A DNA stretch of 62,925 bases, filler included, from Thraustochytrium aureum (GCA_012862495.1; 6 parts of 3 records of this genome joined end to end with filler, not necessarily neighbours in it), one strand, 5' to 3'. Positions 9,522 to 20,676 are shown, numbered from the whole stretch's first letter. The notes: generated by a model from the letters alone, not told the origin. A program made the numbers and translations.

Positions 9522-10739
9522 ATGTCTTCCTCGGAGGAGGACGATCGGGGACAGACTCGAGCACGTCGACAAGTTCAAAACGCAAAGCCTCGCGAGGCCC
9601 AGGCGGCCAGAGTGAGCGCTGGGATGGAGCTCGCGATGAGCCAAATTGCAGCAGGGTGCGCCAGCGTGGCGGGCGCAGCCGCGGAGGTCGTCAAGGCCGC
9701 GGAAGCGAGGCTAGCCGCCGAGCACAACGGCCAAGGTGGACGAGGCGACGCCGACCTGGGGCGGCAAGGCAAAGACCGCTTGGCTTCCGAGCAGGGCGTC
9801 CCAAATAATGGGACCAGCGACCACGGGTTAGATGGCGTCGCTGAGCTGCGCGAGCACATCGCGCTCATGGAGGCCAAGATGGACAAGGTCCTCGCCGTGG
9901 CGGCCGAGCAGGCCCAGCTTGCAAACGCGCAGCGAGAGATGTTGGCGAAGAAGCACGAGGAGATGCTTGCTGTGCACAAAGAGGAGCTCGCCAGGGTGAA
10001 GGCGGAGCAGGCAGCCCAGGCAAAAGAGCTGGTAGAATCTGTCAAGGCATCGCTCCCGCCCGCCGCACCAGCGCCGCAGGCCGCACCCGCGCCCGCCCGC
10101 CGTACCGCCGCCGCCTGTGAATGCGCAGGCCAAAGCGCAGGAAGAAAAAATCGACCAAGCTCGAGTCCGAGCTGCAGANNNNNNNNNNNNNNNNNNNNNN
10201 NNNNNNNNNNNNNNNNNNNNNNNNNNNNNNNNNNNNNNNNNNNNNNNNNNNNNNNNNNNNNNNNNNNNNNNNNNNNNNNNNNNNNNNNNNNNNNNNNNNN
10301 NNNNNNNNNNNNNNNNNNNNNNNNNNNNNNNNNNNNNNNNNNNNNNNNNNNNNNNNNNNNNNNNNNNNNNNNNNNNNNNNNNNNNNNNNNNNNNNNNNNN
10401 NNNNNNNNNNNNNNNNNNNNNNNNNNNNNNNNNNNNNNNNNNNNNNNNNNNNNNNNNNNNNNNNNNNNNNNNNNNNNNNGCATGCGCGAGGAAATGGAGA
10501 TGCTGCTGAGCGACGATTCTGAAGGCGACATTCTGCAGCGCACGGTCGCGACATCGTTTCGCAGTAACGCCGACTTTCAGTCGCGCCTGTCGCAGGGCAA
10601 GCCTGGAGAGAGCAACCCGGTCAATTCCGCTGCCGAGGGGCCGAGCCAGCCCGATGCGCTCGAGCAGGACAGCATGGTGCTGCCAGGCCTTTCTGCGCCC
10701 GGCGCCGGGGAGGGGCCGGTCGACGTGGGCGAGCTTTAG
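9522..10739 (+). CDS. Hypothetical coiled-coil protein (interrupted by an N gap; probable frameshift at ~10100)
   Basis: MSSSEEDD start; heptad-rich ELREHIALMEAKMDKVLAVAAEQAQLANAQREMLAKKHEEML; a protein-like frame continues after the gap to TAG at 10739. Confidence 0.5.
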   Translation: MSSSEEDDRGQTRARRQVQNAKPREAQAARVSAGMELAMSQIAAGCASVAGAAAEVVKAAEARLAAEHNGQGGRGDADLGRQGKDRLASEQGVPNNGTSDHGLDGVAELREHIALMEAKMDKVLAVAAEQAQLANAQREMLAKKHEEMLAVHKEELARVKAEQAAQAKELVESVKASLPPAAPAPQAAPAPARRTAAACECAGQSAGRKNRPSSSPSCRXXXXXXXXXXXXXXXXXXXXXXXXXXXXXXXXXXXXXXXXXXXXXXXXXXXXXXXXXXXXXXXXXXXXXXXXXXXXXXXXXXXXXXXXXXXXXXXXXXXXXMREEMEMLLSDDSEGDILQRTVATSFRSNADFQSRLSQGKPGESNPVNSAAEGPSQPDALEQDSMVLPGLSAPGAGEGPVDVGEL

Positions 10740-11026
10740 ATCCGCGAGCAAGGTGTGAGTTGGCCTAGGCTTTTGTTTTCGGGGCCTTTTTGGAACGGAA
10801 GCGTCGTCCTCCTGTACATTCATGGCGACATGCAGAGCCGGCCGTCTTGCGCCTGCCACTATACCAAGTCTGTTTGCTCAACTCGCGCTCCCTCGCTAGA
10901 GCTAGTAGTAGAGGAGAGAGCAGAGTAGAGAGCTAGCTGGCTCTGTAGAGACGCACTCGCGACTCGAGCTGGCAACGCAGTTCAAGCGGAGACCTCCTTT
11001 TTCAAAGCCGAGCAACCATTAACTAC

Positions 11027-11887
11027 TCAACGACGCAGCACAAAGCAAGAGTTGCCTGGCAATGCCGGGATGCTAAAGCTCTCGCAGCGAGAAAAGCCGG
11101 CCTGGCTCGCCAGCTTCCGCATCACTGCCGGGTTCAAGCCGAGCGTGCCCAGCCCCGCTGCCTCAGGCGCGGACATGCCCGAGTGCAAGCACAGACCGCA
11201 AGAAACGCCGAAGCGTGCCTCGGCCGCCGGGTGCGAGATGTTCCGCTCGAGGTCTTCAAAGCACTCGATGTCGACGACCAGGAAGACGCCGTCTGGCTTG
11301 ATGCAGCGCGCAACGTCGCGCATCACCGCGACCGGGTCGGTGCAGTCATGGATCACGTCATAGCACATCACAAAGTCGTACGCGGCGTGCCCCATTGGGT
11401 TGACCGTGACGTCCCACATTCGAACGTTCGTGAGGCGCTGGCGCTGGATCTCGGCGCTTGCTTGCTGGATCGCCTCCTTGCTCAACTCGTAGCCATCAAA
11501 AGTGGACTTGGGAAAGCACCTTGCCATTTCGCACAGCGCTAGGCCAGCCCCGCACCCGACCTCGGCGACGAAGAAGTCGCCCTGCTTGAGTCGCTCGACA
11601 AAGGCGTGGCCGCCAAGGTGCGGGTCGCAGAGCACATTCTCGCAGAGGATGCGCTTGGCGAAGTTGTAGTGCATGGTCCGGATGGCGCGTTGAATGTCTT
11701 GCTTGTGGCTCCCGTCATACGACTCGCCCATGCCCGTCTCGAGCGTCTCCACGAGCGACGCGATGCGCGTTGCCAGCGCCGGGGCGAACTGGAAGAGGCC
11801 GACCATCGAAGCAGTCCCGCGGGCCTCCCAGGGCTCTAGCAAAGTACGAGCATACGCCTCCCGCAACTCGAAGGTCTCGTTCTGCCC
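11027..11887 (-). CDS. Class I SAM-dependent methyltransferase, Rv2258c-like (5' part lost at the contig end)
   Basis: Motif I VAEVGCGAG; DVIHDCTDP...IKPDGVFLVVDI; C-terminal FGVSCGLCLHSGMSAPEAAGLGTLG, typical of this family. Confidence 0.82.
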   Translation of the reverse strand, partial: GQNETFELREAYARTLLEPWEARGTASMVGLFQFAPALATRIASLVETLETGMGESYDGSHKQDIQRAIRTMHYNFAKRILCENVLCDPHLGGHAFVERLKQGDFFVAEVGCGAGLALCEMARCFPKSTFDGYELSKEAIQQASAEIQRQRLTNVRMWDVTVNPMGHAAYDFVMCYDVIHDCTDPVAVMRDVARCIKPDGVFLVVDIECFEDLERNISHPAAEARFGVSCGLCLHSGMSAPEAAGLGTLGLNPAVMRKLASQAGFSRCESFSIPALPGNSCFVLRR

Positions 11888-11931
11888 NNNNNNNNNNNNN
11901 NNNNNNNNNNNNNNNNNNNNNNNNNNNNNNN

Positions 11932-11943
11932 TTAATTAATTAA
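11932..11943. other. Artificial six-frame-stop contig linker TTAATTAATTAA
   Basis: The same 12-mer, flanked by N runs, occurs five times in the window. Confidence 0.97.
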
Positions 11944-11986
11944 NNNNNNNNNNNNNNNNNNNNNNNNNNNNNNNNNNNNNNNNNNN

Positions 11987-12525
11987 NTGGCACGATTCTG
12001 TTGAGCCCCATCGAGTCGTGCAAGCCCGTGAATTGCATGCGTGCCGGCCGCAACCTGCAAAGCGCCGAGGGCCCCAATACCTCGGACGTACCGGTAGCGT
12101 CGCTGCGTTTGCGGGCTATTTCGGACGTGTTCGCATCGGGTGCTCCCGTTTTGGCCCGGACGAATCGAACAGAGCGGCCCACGCTCCTCTCGCCGAGCCT
12201 AAACCCCGCCAAAGTCAATGCCGACGCTTTCTCGCCCGCCGCAAATTCTTCCGCCGACGGCTTTGTCCGCTTCGCTCTGGGACAGACACAGGAATGCCGA
12301 GAGATCGTTGGCAGCGTTCTACATGTGGATAAGTCCCTCGCGTTCGTCATCTCGTGGAGACAAGTGGGCCGACCTGGGTACACTCACACTCAGTCAGACG
12401 AACTGGCAAGTACGCAAGCGACGCCATGGGGGCGCTGCTTTGACGGTGGGAAGGAGCTCGACTTCCTCCCAGCGCCGCTGGACTCGTGCAAAGGTCCGGT
12501 GAACGAAAGAAATCGTAACGGATGA
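11987..12525 (+). CDS. Possible 3' end of a hypothetical gene (start beyond the contig edge)
   Basis: Open frame from the contig edge to TGA at 12525; no recognisable motif. Confidence 0.3.
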
Positions 12526-12660
12526 AAAGGAGCATCACGAGCAACGTCAAGGCTTTTGATAATCGAGCTGCAGCAGAGCCTGGTTTCCGACCAAAGACGG
12601 GTTGCGAGCCCTTGCTGTGCGCCAGCGGGTGGCGGGTCGCTCATCGATTGGCTACAGACG

Positions 12661-15424
12661 ATGAAGGCATTTGCGAAAGGCGCGCTTGGCGCGGCTCTCG
12701 TGCTCGCTGCCGCGTCTGGCCGCGTCGTTGCCGCGTCTGACCGGGCCATTGCAGACCAGTGGCCAACGCGCTCGGCCCAAGGCATACGATTCGCGACTGA
12801 TATAACAGCTGGCGGGGGCGTTTCGCCACGCCCCGAACTGTACCGCGCCATTATGCAGCAAGAACGCTCGCTGGCCGGAGGCGGTGACGATGCATACACG
12901 TACACGGAGTCGAGCAACGGCAACGTGGAGTTAGACCCCGATGCTGTCGACAACTACTCAACGTACGAAGAGGACAACACGGGAAGCAAAGACGTTGTCC
13001 TGAAGGTCGTATCGCCTGCAAACATCATGCACATCTTCTACTCGGCCCTTGAGCTCATAGCGCTGGGGTGGAGCAGGTACAAGTTCAAGGTATTCCTCGC
13101 CGACAACGAGGTGGCGATTCGCTCCGTGGTTGTTGAAAATTGCACCATGCACCTGAACGACCCTCGGTGTGAAGGATATGGCGACGTGATGCCGCACCTC
13201 AGCGTTGCATTTGGCGTCGCCCCTCCTGGACTCGCCAACACGCTGGCGCCTTTCCGGCGCTTGCCATCGCTCCTGCCCTGGCGTACTCTAAGGACGTAAC
13301 GAGCACGCTCGGCACGAAAACTGACCCTGCTTTGGTCTTATCGGTCCCCGTCCTCGCACAGATCTTCAACGGAACGATCCGGCGTTGGAACGACCCTGCA
13401 ATAACCGAGCTCAACCTGCACCTCGTGACGAAGCTCCCGAACGAAACAATCCAAGTGGTTCTTCAGAACAGTGACTTGGATTTGCACGGCATGGTGCTCC
13501 GCGAGGGGCTGGATCATTTCTCCCCGGGCTGGGCAGGCGGAGTTCTAGGCAGCAACTTGGGCGCTTGGCCTGATTGGATCCTCCAGCAGCCGTTCGTGAC
13601 CATCACAGACGACGCCATGTCTGCCGGTTTTGCCGTGATCCGGACGCCATTTTCACTTGGGTACACTGGCGCTGAGATCGTGTCGGGAATGCAGCTGTTT
13701 GTGCAGAGTATTCACGTGCTAAACAGCGACGTGGTGCCACGTACTGCTTACCCACTTTCAGTGGAGGATGTGCAAGAGCGGGCTCGGTCCGCCATGGTGG
13801 CGACATACCCACACCTATCACCAATAGATGAAGAGGTCTGGCTGAATGAGACCGGCCTAGATGGGCTGGACAAAGAGAAGCAGTCGGATGGCCCCGACCG
13901 GCGGCTGCTCCGTAACCCTAGAGCGAGTCGGCGCCGGCTCGACTCGGAAGAGCTTGGCGAGGGCGCAACTTGGGGCTTAAACTCGTTGCAGCTCGATCCG
14001 ATTCGACGAGGTACCACGGGCTATCCACTCACTGGCGTGGTTCACTGGTACTTCAGCCGGAGGCCAAACACAACCTGCCTCAAGGCCAGGGCCATGACCG
14101 AAGTAATATACTACGCAAGCATGGTGTCCACGGAAAGCACGGGAAGCGAACTGTCCAGGTTTATCGGGCTCGGTGACGACGTCTTCGAACAAGGCCTTGG
14201 CGAATTGTACAGCGTCGCTTGCCTCGCAGATGACGGCAACTGGACAAGTGCGTTCAACTGGCGTCCAAATTTGATCAAGAACACCACCGTCCCGACAGCC
14301 CAGACAACAGCGCCGACAGTGTCGCCCGCCGGATTGAGTGACACGACAGTCACCCTGGTCGGCGTAGGCACGTTTGTGTTTGGCGCGATCGTGTTGATCC
14401 TGGTGATGAAGCAGCAAGCGAGGTGGTACCCGCAGATGAAGAGGGTGTTTGCCCGGTTTATGAGCGAGGCAGTGGTGCTCCTCTTTGCGATCGTTTCGGG
14501 GCTCACCGACCTGATCTCTGACCTCGTTGTGACTTGGACCGTCATTCAGACGCCGGGGGTCAACAAATGGGTCTCTGTCGGCTACATCTCTGTCTGCTCG
14601 CTCAGCGTNNNNNNNNNNNNNNNNNNNNNNNNNNNNNNNNNNNNNNNNNNNNNNNNNNNNNNNNNNNNNNNNNNNNNNNNNNNNNNNNNNNNNNNNNNNN
14701 NNNNNNNNNNNNNNNNNNNNNNNNNNNNNNNNNNNNNNNNNNNNNNNNNNNNNNNNNNNNNNNNNNNNNNNNNNNNNNNNNNNNNNNNNNNNNNNNNNNN
14801 NNNNNNNNNNNNNNNNNNNNNNNNNNNNNNNNNNNNNNNNNNNNNNNNNNNNNNNNNNNNNNNNNNNNNNNNCCCAAGGAAGTGCTGCGCGAGCTCACGG
14901 ACCAGTGCTTGCGGGATATGAAGGGCTCTATCGCAACGCTCATCCTTGGCGCTGTGGAGGACGTGCCGATGCTCGCCCTCAACATTTGGCTGATGGCAAC
15001 CGACAAGACGTTCTTGACCAACCCCGCCTTTTTGCTCTCGACAGGGATAACCATCTTTATGCTGGGGATTAAGGCGATGCGGTTCAAGCTGCTTCGGGAC
15101 AAGCGCGAGCTCTACCAGTCTCTGCGACAGCTGCTGGAGATTGTCGAGCCTGTGAGCCAGTCGAGCTTTAATGGTGGCCGCAGCCGGAAGATCTTTCCCG
15201 CCCTAGAGACGGCTCGCAAGGTCTTTGCCCTTGAGCACGAGCCGCTTGAGGCAGAGGGGTACAGCTCGTCCCCCATCCGGCAGTACGTAGACTATGTGAT
15301 TGCAACCCAGATCGCTGCGAAGCAACGGGAGCAGCGGCGCAATACGGTGGCGGGCGGAGATCAGGTCCAGGTCTTGCTCAGGCCTGACAAGGGCATCGAT
15401 GTTGGCCTGCGGCCTGGAAACTAA
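12661..15424 (+). CDS. Signal peptide + PstS-like (type II periplasmic-binding-protein fold) ectodomain + multi-pass XK-like membrane domain (frameshift at ~13253, N gap)
   Basis: Signal MKAFAKGALGAALVLAAASG. PstS signature LVLSVPVLAQIFNGTIRRWNDPAITELNLHLVTKLPNETIQVV, plus SLGY and GYPLTGVVHW. A Thr-rich stalk follows, then TM helices with DLISD and VEDVPMLALNI. Confidence 0.75.
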
Positions 15425-15451
15425 ATCGCAACGTAAAGGAAAACGGAATTC

Positions 15452-15527
15452 GGTGGCTGTTTTCGTCGGCTCGACGGCGCGGCGGTCGTGCCGCCTTTCG
15501 CGCCGGAGCGTCATGCGCGGTAGCACC
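15452..15527 (-). promoter_or_regulatory. SECIS element (eukaryotic form II) in the 3' UTR of the MsrB gene
   Basis: Minus strand reads GGTGCT...ATGAC-GCTCCGGCGCG-AAA-GGCGG-CACGA-CCGCC-GCGCCGTCGAGC-CGAC...AGCCACC. It has an AUGA/GA core, a 10-bp helix II with a 2-nt bulge, AAA 11 nt after the core, an apical mini-helix and a flanking helix I. Confidence 0.85.
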
Positions 15528-15761
15528 CCATCCCTCATCATCCGTACATACTCGGTGCGCGACGTGATGCCGTGCCGGCGTAGTTGATCGCTGCGGCGGT
15601 AGTCCTTCTACAACGCCGTGCGTCCGAGTGAGAAAACACAAAGAGCGAGAATGCAGCCACACCACACGCGGGCATGTCGACTCAAAGAACCCCCCTCTCG
15701 CTGGCTCCGGGCCCGGGTTTCGCGCAGGCAGCGGAGCGCGGCATCCAAGCCATTCGGCTGT

Positions 15762-16355
15762 CTACCGCTGCTTTGCGGGATCTGCAGAGGCAGAGGCCGC
15801 AAAGCGCAACGAGAGGGACAAAACTCAGTGGCGCCAGCGCGCGTCGGGGTGAGTATCGCCCTTGGCAACACCGTCCTCAAAGGCATGACCCAGGAACAGC
15901 TCGCACCCGCCGCAATACACCTCCTCAACGCGGCACTTGTACCCGTTGTACTCGTCAACATGAACGTGTAGGAGCGCGTCTGGCGAGGCTGCGCGGCGGA
16001 AGCTCGGCCACACGCACGGCCCGCGCCACTTGTCCTCTGCTGCATACAGCACGCGCTCGCACCTGGCGCACCTGTATACGCCGGCGTCCCAGTGATCGCG
16101 CAAGCCCTCGCCGCTGACCACGCCGCTCACGAGCTCCAGGTCCTCCTCGACCCTTTCCGTGAGCGGCCGCACCGAGATGGCAAAGTATACCTCTCTGCGC
16201 TCCTCCGTGACCGCCTCAAACGCAGCCCACCGTCTCCACCGCGGCTCGATCATCGCAATCGACTCGCCGGGTCCGGCGTCGCGCCAGGTCGACGCCAACT
16301 TTCGCACCTCGGGTACTTGGCCGGCATCTCGAGTGCGTTTCAACCCGCGCGCCAT
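15762..16355 (-). CDS. MSRB: Selenoprotein methionine-R-sulfoxide reductase (MsrB); UGA at 15827-15825 read as Sec
   Basis: GVYRCARC...KWRGPCVWPSF...EVYCGGCELFLGHAFEDG...RWRH-TGA-VLSLSLRF...KQR-TAG. The TGA aligns with the catalytic residue of RYCINSASLRF, homology continues past it, and a SECIS lies downstream. Confidence 0.88.
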
Positions 16356-16401
16356 CGCCAAACCCAGCCACCCAGCGCGCCAGCGAGCCAGCCAGCCAGC
16401 G

Positions 16402-16434
<33 letters not shown>

Positions 16435-17375
16435 ACGCCTCGCGCAGCGCGGGGCGAGGACGGCCGCGCAGGCCGTTCGGGCTCTGCGTGGCACATGGAC
16501 AGGGCACAAACACGAATCTCGCATACGCACTACCTACTCACAAATCTCGAGGCAACTGGAGACCTTCGCAGCAGCAGCAGCAGCAGCAGCAGCAGGTACN
16601 NNNNNNNNNNNNNNNNNNNNNNNNNNNNNNNNNNNNNNNNNNNNNNNNNNNNNNNNNNNNNNNNNNNNNNNNNNNNNNNNNNNNNNNNNNNNNNNNNNNN
16701 NNNNNNNNNNNNNNNNNNNNNNNNNNNNNNNNNNNNNNNNNNNNNNNNNNNNNNNNNNNNNNNNNNNNNNNNNNNNNNNNNNNNNNNNNNNNNNNNNNNN
16801 NNNNNNNNNNNNNNNNNNNNNNNNNNNNNNNNNNNNNNNNNNNNNNNNNNNNNNNNNNNNNNNNNNNNNNNNNNNNNNNNNNNNNNNNNNNNNNNNNNNN
16901 NNNNNNNNNNNNNNNNNNNNNNNNNNNNNNNNNNNNNNNNNNNNNNNNNNNNNNNNNNNNNNNNNNNNNNNNNNNNNNNNNNNNNNNNNNNNNNNNNNNN
17001 NNNNNNNNNNNNNNNNNNNNNNNNNNNNNNNNNNNNNNNNNNNNNNNNNNNNNNNNNNNNNNNNNNNNNNNNNNNNNNNNNNNNNNNNNNNNNNNNNNNN
17101 NNNNNNNNNNNNNNNNNNNNNNNNNNNNNNNNNNNNNNNNNNNNNNNNNNNNNNNNNNNNNNNNNNNNNNNNNNNNNNNNNNNNNNNNNNNNNNNNNNNN
17201 NNNNNNNNNNNNNNNNNNNNNNNNNNNNNNNNNNNNNNNNNNNNNNNNNNNNNNNNNNNNNNNNNNNNNNNNNNNNNNNNNNNNNNNNNNNNNNNNNNNN
17301 NNNNNNNNNNNNNNNNNNNNNNNNNNNNNNNNNNNNNNNNNNNNNNNNNNNNNNNNNNNNNNNNNNNNNNNNNNN

Positions 17376-20300
17376 GGGGGCAAAACCGGAGGGTTGTCCG
17401 GCCTGTTTGGCCTCTTTGGGGGCTCGGATGACGCCCAACGCGGCCACGGGTCCTCCGGCATAGGCACGGGGGGCTCCAACGGACCCGCGAGCTGGGCCCT
17501 GCGGCCAAACCGCGGGCGGCGCGGCATGACACGGGGCGAGCGAGAAGCGGCGCTTTCGCGGTTCGGGGCAGCCGTCGGGGACAAGAAGCCGAAGCTGCAC
17601 TTGAGCAAGCAAATCACCAACCCGATGACGCACTCGAAGGGGAAACGCACGTTCGGGTGCCTGCGCGACGAGTGCCGCGGCCTCGCGCTAGAGGACCTGA
17701 CGAACCGCAAGTGGAAGATGATGTACAAGAACGCCAAGGTGACCGGCGCCGGCAACTCGAGCGTGTTCCGGGACAACTTGAACGTGCGGCTGACGTGGCT
17801 CGAGTCGGACACGACCGAGCTCACCAAGCTGAAGAACGAGCGCCCGGAGGTGTTCAAGATCGCCTACGAGGAGCAGGTGGGGCGCACGTACTTGAGCGTG
17901 CTGGACGGCGCGGACGCGATCGGCGGCAACAAAGGCCAGCAGCTGCGCGTCAAGCAGTCGTTCGTGCGGCGCGCGAGCCTGCTCCCAGCGCCGCCCGAGG
18001 GGGGCAAGGAGGCCAAGGCAAAGCGCAAGCGCGAGTGCTCGTACAACGACCTGTCGCTGCAGCCCGCGCAGTACCGGCTGTACATCAAGGAAGAGTGCGA
18101 GGACTTTCTTCGCAACGAAAACAACGGCAAGTCGTTCCTGCTCAAACCCGAAACTGGCTCGCAGGGCAAGGGCATCACGTTCCACAGCGGCGTGCTCTCC
18201 GTCAAGAAAAAGGCAAAAGCTTTCTTCCCGTGCAAGCAAAACCCGTCGATGTCTGCGCTTGAGCGCATGCTGGTGCAAGAGTACATCGAGAAGCCGCTGC
18301 TTATCGAGCGGAGCAAGTTTGACTTGCGTGTGTACATGCTGATTGCAAGCTCGGAGCCCTGGATGGTGTTTTACCACCAGGGCTACTTGCGGCGGTCGCT
18401 GTTCGAGTACAGCCCCTCGAGCAAGAACCGCGCAGTGTACCTGACCAACACGCACTATCAGTCGATGCGGGAGAACTTTAAGCTGAGCGAGCACATCTGG
18501 ACCTTTGAGCGGATGCAAGAGTACCTCACGGAGAACGGGCGGGCGAGCGCGCACTATGTGGACAGCGTGCTGGACCCCTACGTGAAGCGGGCGGCGAACT
18601 TTGTGTTCCAGAGTGCGCGGCACAAGCTACAGCGGCGCAAGGGCTCGTTCCACATCTTTGGGCTGGANNNNNNNNNNNNNNNNNNNNNNNNNNNNNNNNN
18701 NNNNNNNNNNNNNNNNNNNNNNNNNNNNNNNNNNNNNNNNNNNNNNNNNNNNNNNNNNNNNNNNNNNNNNNNNNNNNNNNNNNNNNNNNNNNNNNNNNNN
18801 NNNNNNNNNNNNNNNNNNNNNNNNNNNNNNNNNNNNNNNNNNNNNNNNNNNNNNNNNNNNNNNNNNNNNNNNNNNNNNNNNNNNNNNNNNNNNNNNNNNN
18901 NNNNNNNNNNNNNNNNNNNNNNNNNNNNNNNNNNNNNNNNNNNNNNNNNNNNNNNNNNNNNNNNNNNNNNNNNNNNNNNNNNNNNNNNNNNNNNNNNNNN
19001 NNNNNNNNNNNNNNNNNNNNNNNNNNNNNNNNNNNNNNNNNNNNNNNNNNNNNNNNNNNNNNNNNNNNNNNNNNNNNNNNNNNNNNNNNNNNNNNNNNNN
19101 NNNNNNNNNNNNNNNNNNNNNNNNNNNNNNNNNNNNNNNNNNNNNNNNNNNNNNNNNNNNNNNNNNNNNNNNNNNNNNNNNNNNNNNNNNNNNNNNNNNN
19201 NNNNNNNNNNNNNNNNNNNNNNNNNNNNNNNNNNNNNNNNNNNNNNNNNNNNNNNNNNNNNNNNNNNNNNNNNNNNNNNNNNNNNNNNNNNNNNNNNNNN
19301 NNNNNNNNNNNNNNNNNNNNNNNNNNNNNNNNNNNNNNNNNNNNNNNNNNNNNNNNNNNNNNNNNNNNNNNNNNNNNNNNNNNNNNNNNNNNNNNNNNNN
19401 NNNNNNNNNNNNNNNNNNNNNNNNNNNNNNNNNNNNNNNNNNNNNNNNNNNNNNNNNNNNNNNNNNNNNNNNNNNNNNNNNNNNNNNNNNNNNNNNNNNN
19501 NNNNNNNNNNNNNNNNNNNNNNNNNNNNNNNNNNNNNNNNNNNNNNNNNNNNNNNNNNNNNNNNNNNNNNNNNNNNNNNNNNNNNNNNNNNNNNNNNNNN
19601 NNNNNNNNNNNNNNNNNNNNNNNNNNNNNCCGTACGCTGTCCTGCGCGAGATTGACGAGATGCAGCTCGCGGCGGCTCCAGGTGGCGAGGCTGGTCCCGG
19701 CGGAGGCGGAGGCGGCGGCGGCGGCGGCTCTGCGGCGCCGGGGTTTGAGCTGGGCCGCACGGAGCTGACGTTTGGCGACTTTCAGCTGCTGTTGTCGCAA
19801 GAGGCAAAGGCGGGCGACCACTTTATGTCGAGCGCTTTCGAGACGTACGCCAAGCAGGTGATGCGGTTCCTGTTCCACGCCGGCCTTCCGCACCTGAAGC
19901 GCAAGTCGAAGACGTACCAGCTTCTGGAGCTCAACTTTGTCGTGGACGACACGTACACGTTCTGGTACGTCGGAGCAAACAACAGCCCGCAGCTGTCTCG
20001 CACGCCGAAGGTGAGCAAGACGGTGATCAACCCAATGCAGGACGAGCTCAAGTCGCTCGTTCTGGAGCTCTCGGACGTGCCCGAGGCGTTCGTGGGAATG
20101 CGGTACGGGGACCGATACGGCGGGTTCCGCCTCGTGTACAGCGAGTACGAGGACGACGTTCGCAACACGACGTACAACCCGTGCCTCGAGTTTGGGAGCA
20201 AGTGGTCTCTGGCCAAGTCGGCGGTGGTGGCCACGGCGCAGCTTCACGACTTTAAGACGCGCGTCGAGAGTGCGAACCAGCGCGAGTTGCGCAAGTACAC

Positions 20301-20676
20301 GCGCGCGGCGTGGGACAAGTGCCGCTCCAAGTACAAGACGGAGACGTGCGTGGGGTCCGAGTCCGTCCGCAAGGCGCTGCGCGAGCGGTACGAGGCGTAC
20401 CTTGACAAGTCGTCCGTGAGCATGGGTTCTGGCGAGGACCAGCAGAACGCCGAGGCGGAGGCGCGCGAGAAGCAGGTCGCCGAGTACACGGAGACGCGGC
20501 TCTTGGAGCTCGCAGGGCAGTTGCAGCAGCAAGATGGGGAGGGCCACGGCCAGGACGCGCCAGAGGGCGCTGGAGGGGGTCGCCAAAGTCGCACAAGTGA
20601 GGAAAGTGCTGAGCCGCCTTTGCGAAGTGCGCTTGCGGTTCGCACAGTTGACGAAAGTGGCGAGCCGCCTTTGTGA
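17376..20676 (+). CDS. Tubulin-tyrosine ligase-like (TTL/TTLL, ATP-grasp) protein; 5' end and middle in N gaps; apparent second, degenerate TTL C-lobe
   Basis: FLLKPETGSQGKGI, LVQEYIEKPLLIERSKFDLRVYMLI, YLTNTHYQ and FHIFGL before the gap; YQLLELNFVVDDTYTFWYVGANNSPQL after it. Continuity across the gap is assumed. Confidence 0.78.

Noticed and set aside
15425..15587. Frameshifted C-terminal extension of the PstS-like gene
   Set aside because: This stretch is the antisense of the MsrB SECIS, which explains its structure. The stop at 15424 is more parsimonious.
16092..19655. Very long ORFs in the track that span N gaps, and the many antisense ORFs
   Set aside because: Their lengths are inflated by X runs, and the antisense frames are shadows of GC3-rich genes.
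20674..20676. TGA in the 51-bp repeat as a second selenocysteine codon
   Set aside because: It does not align to a catalytic Cys, it arises from a CGA/TGA repeat variant, and I saw no SECIS downstream.
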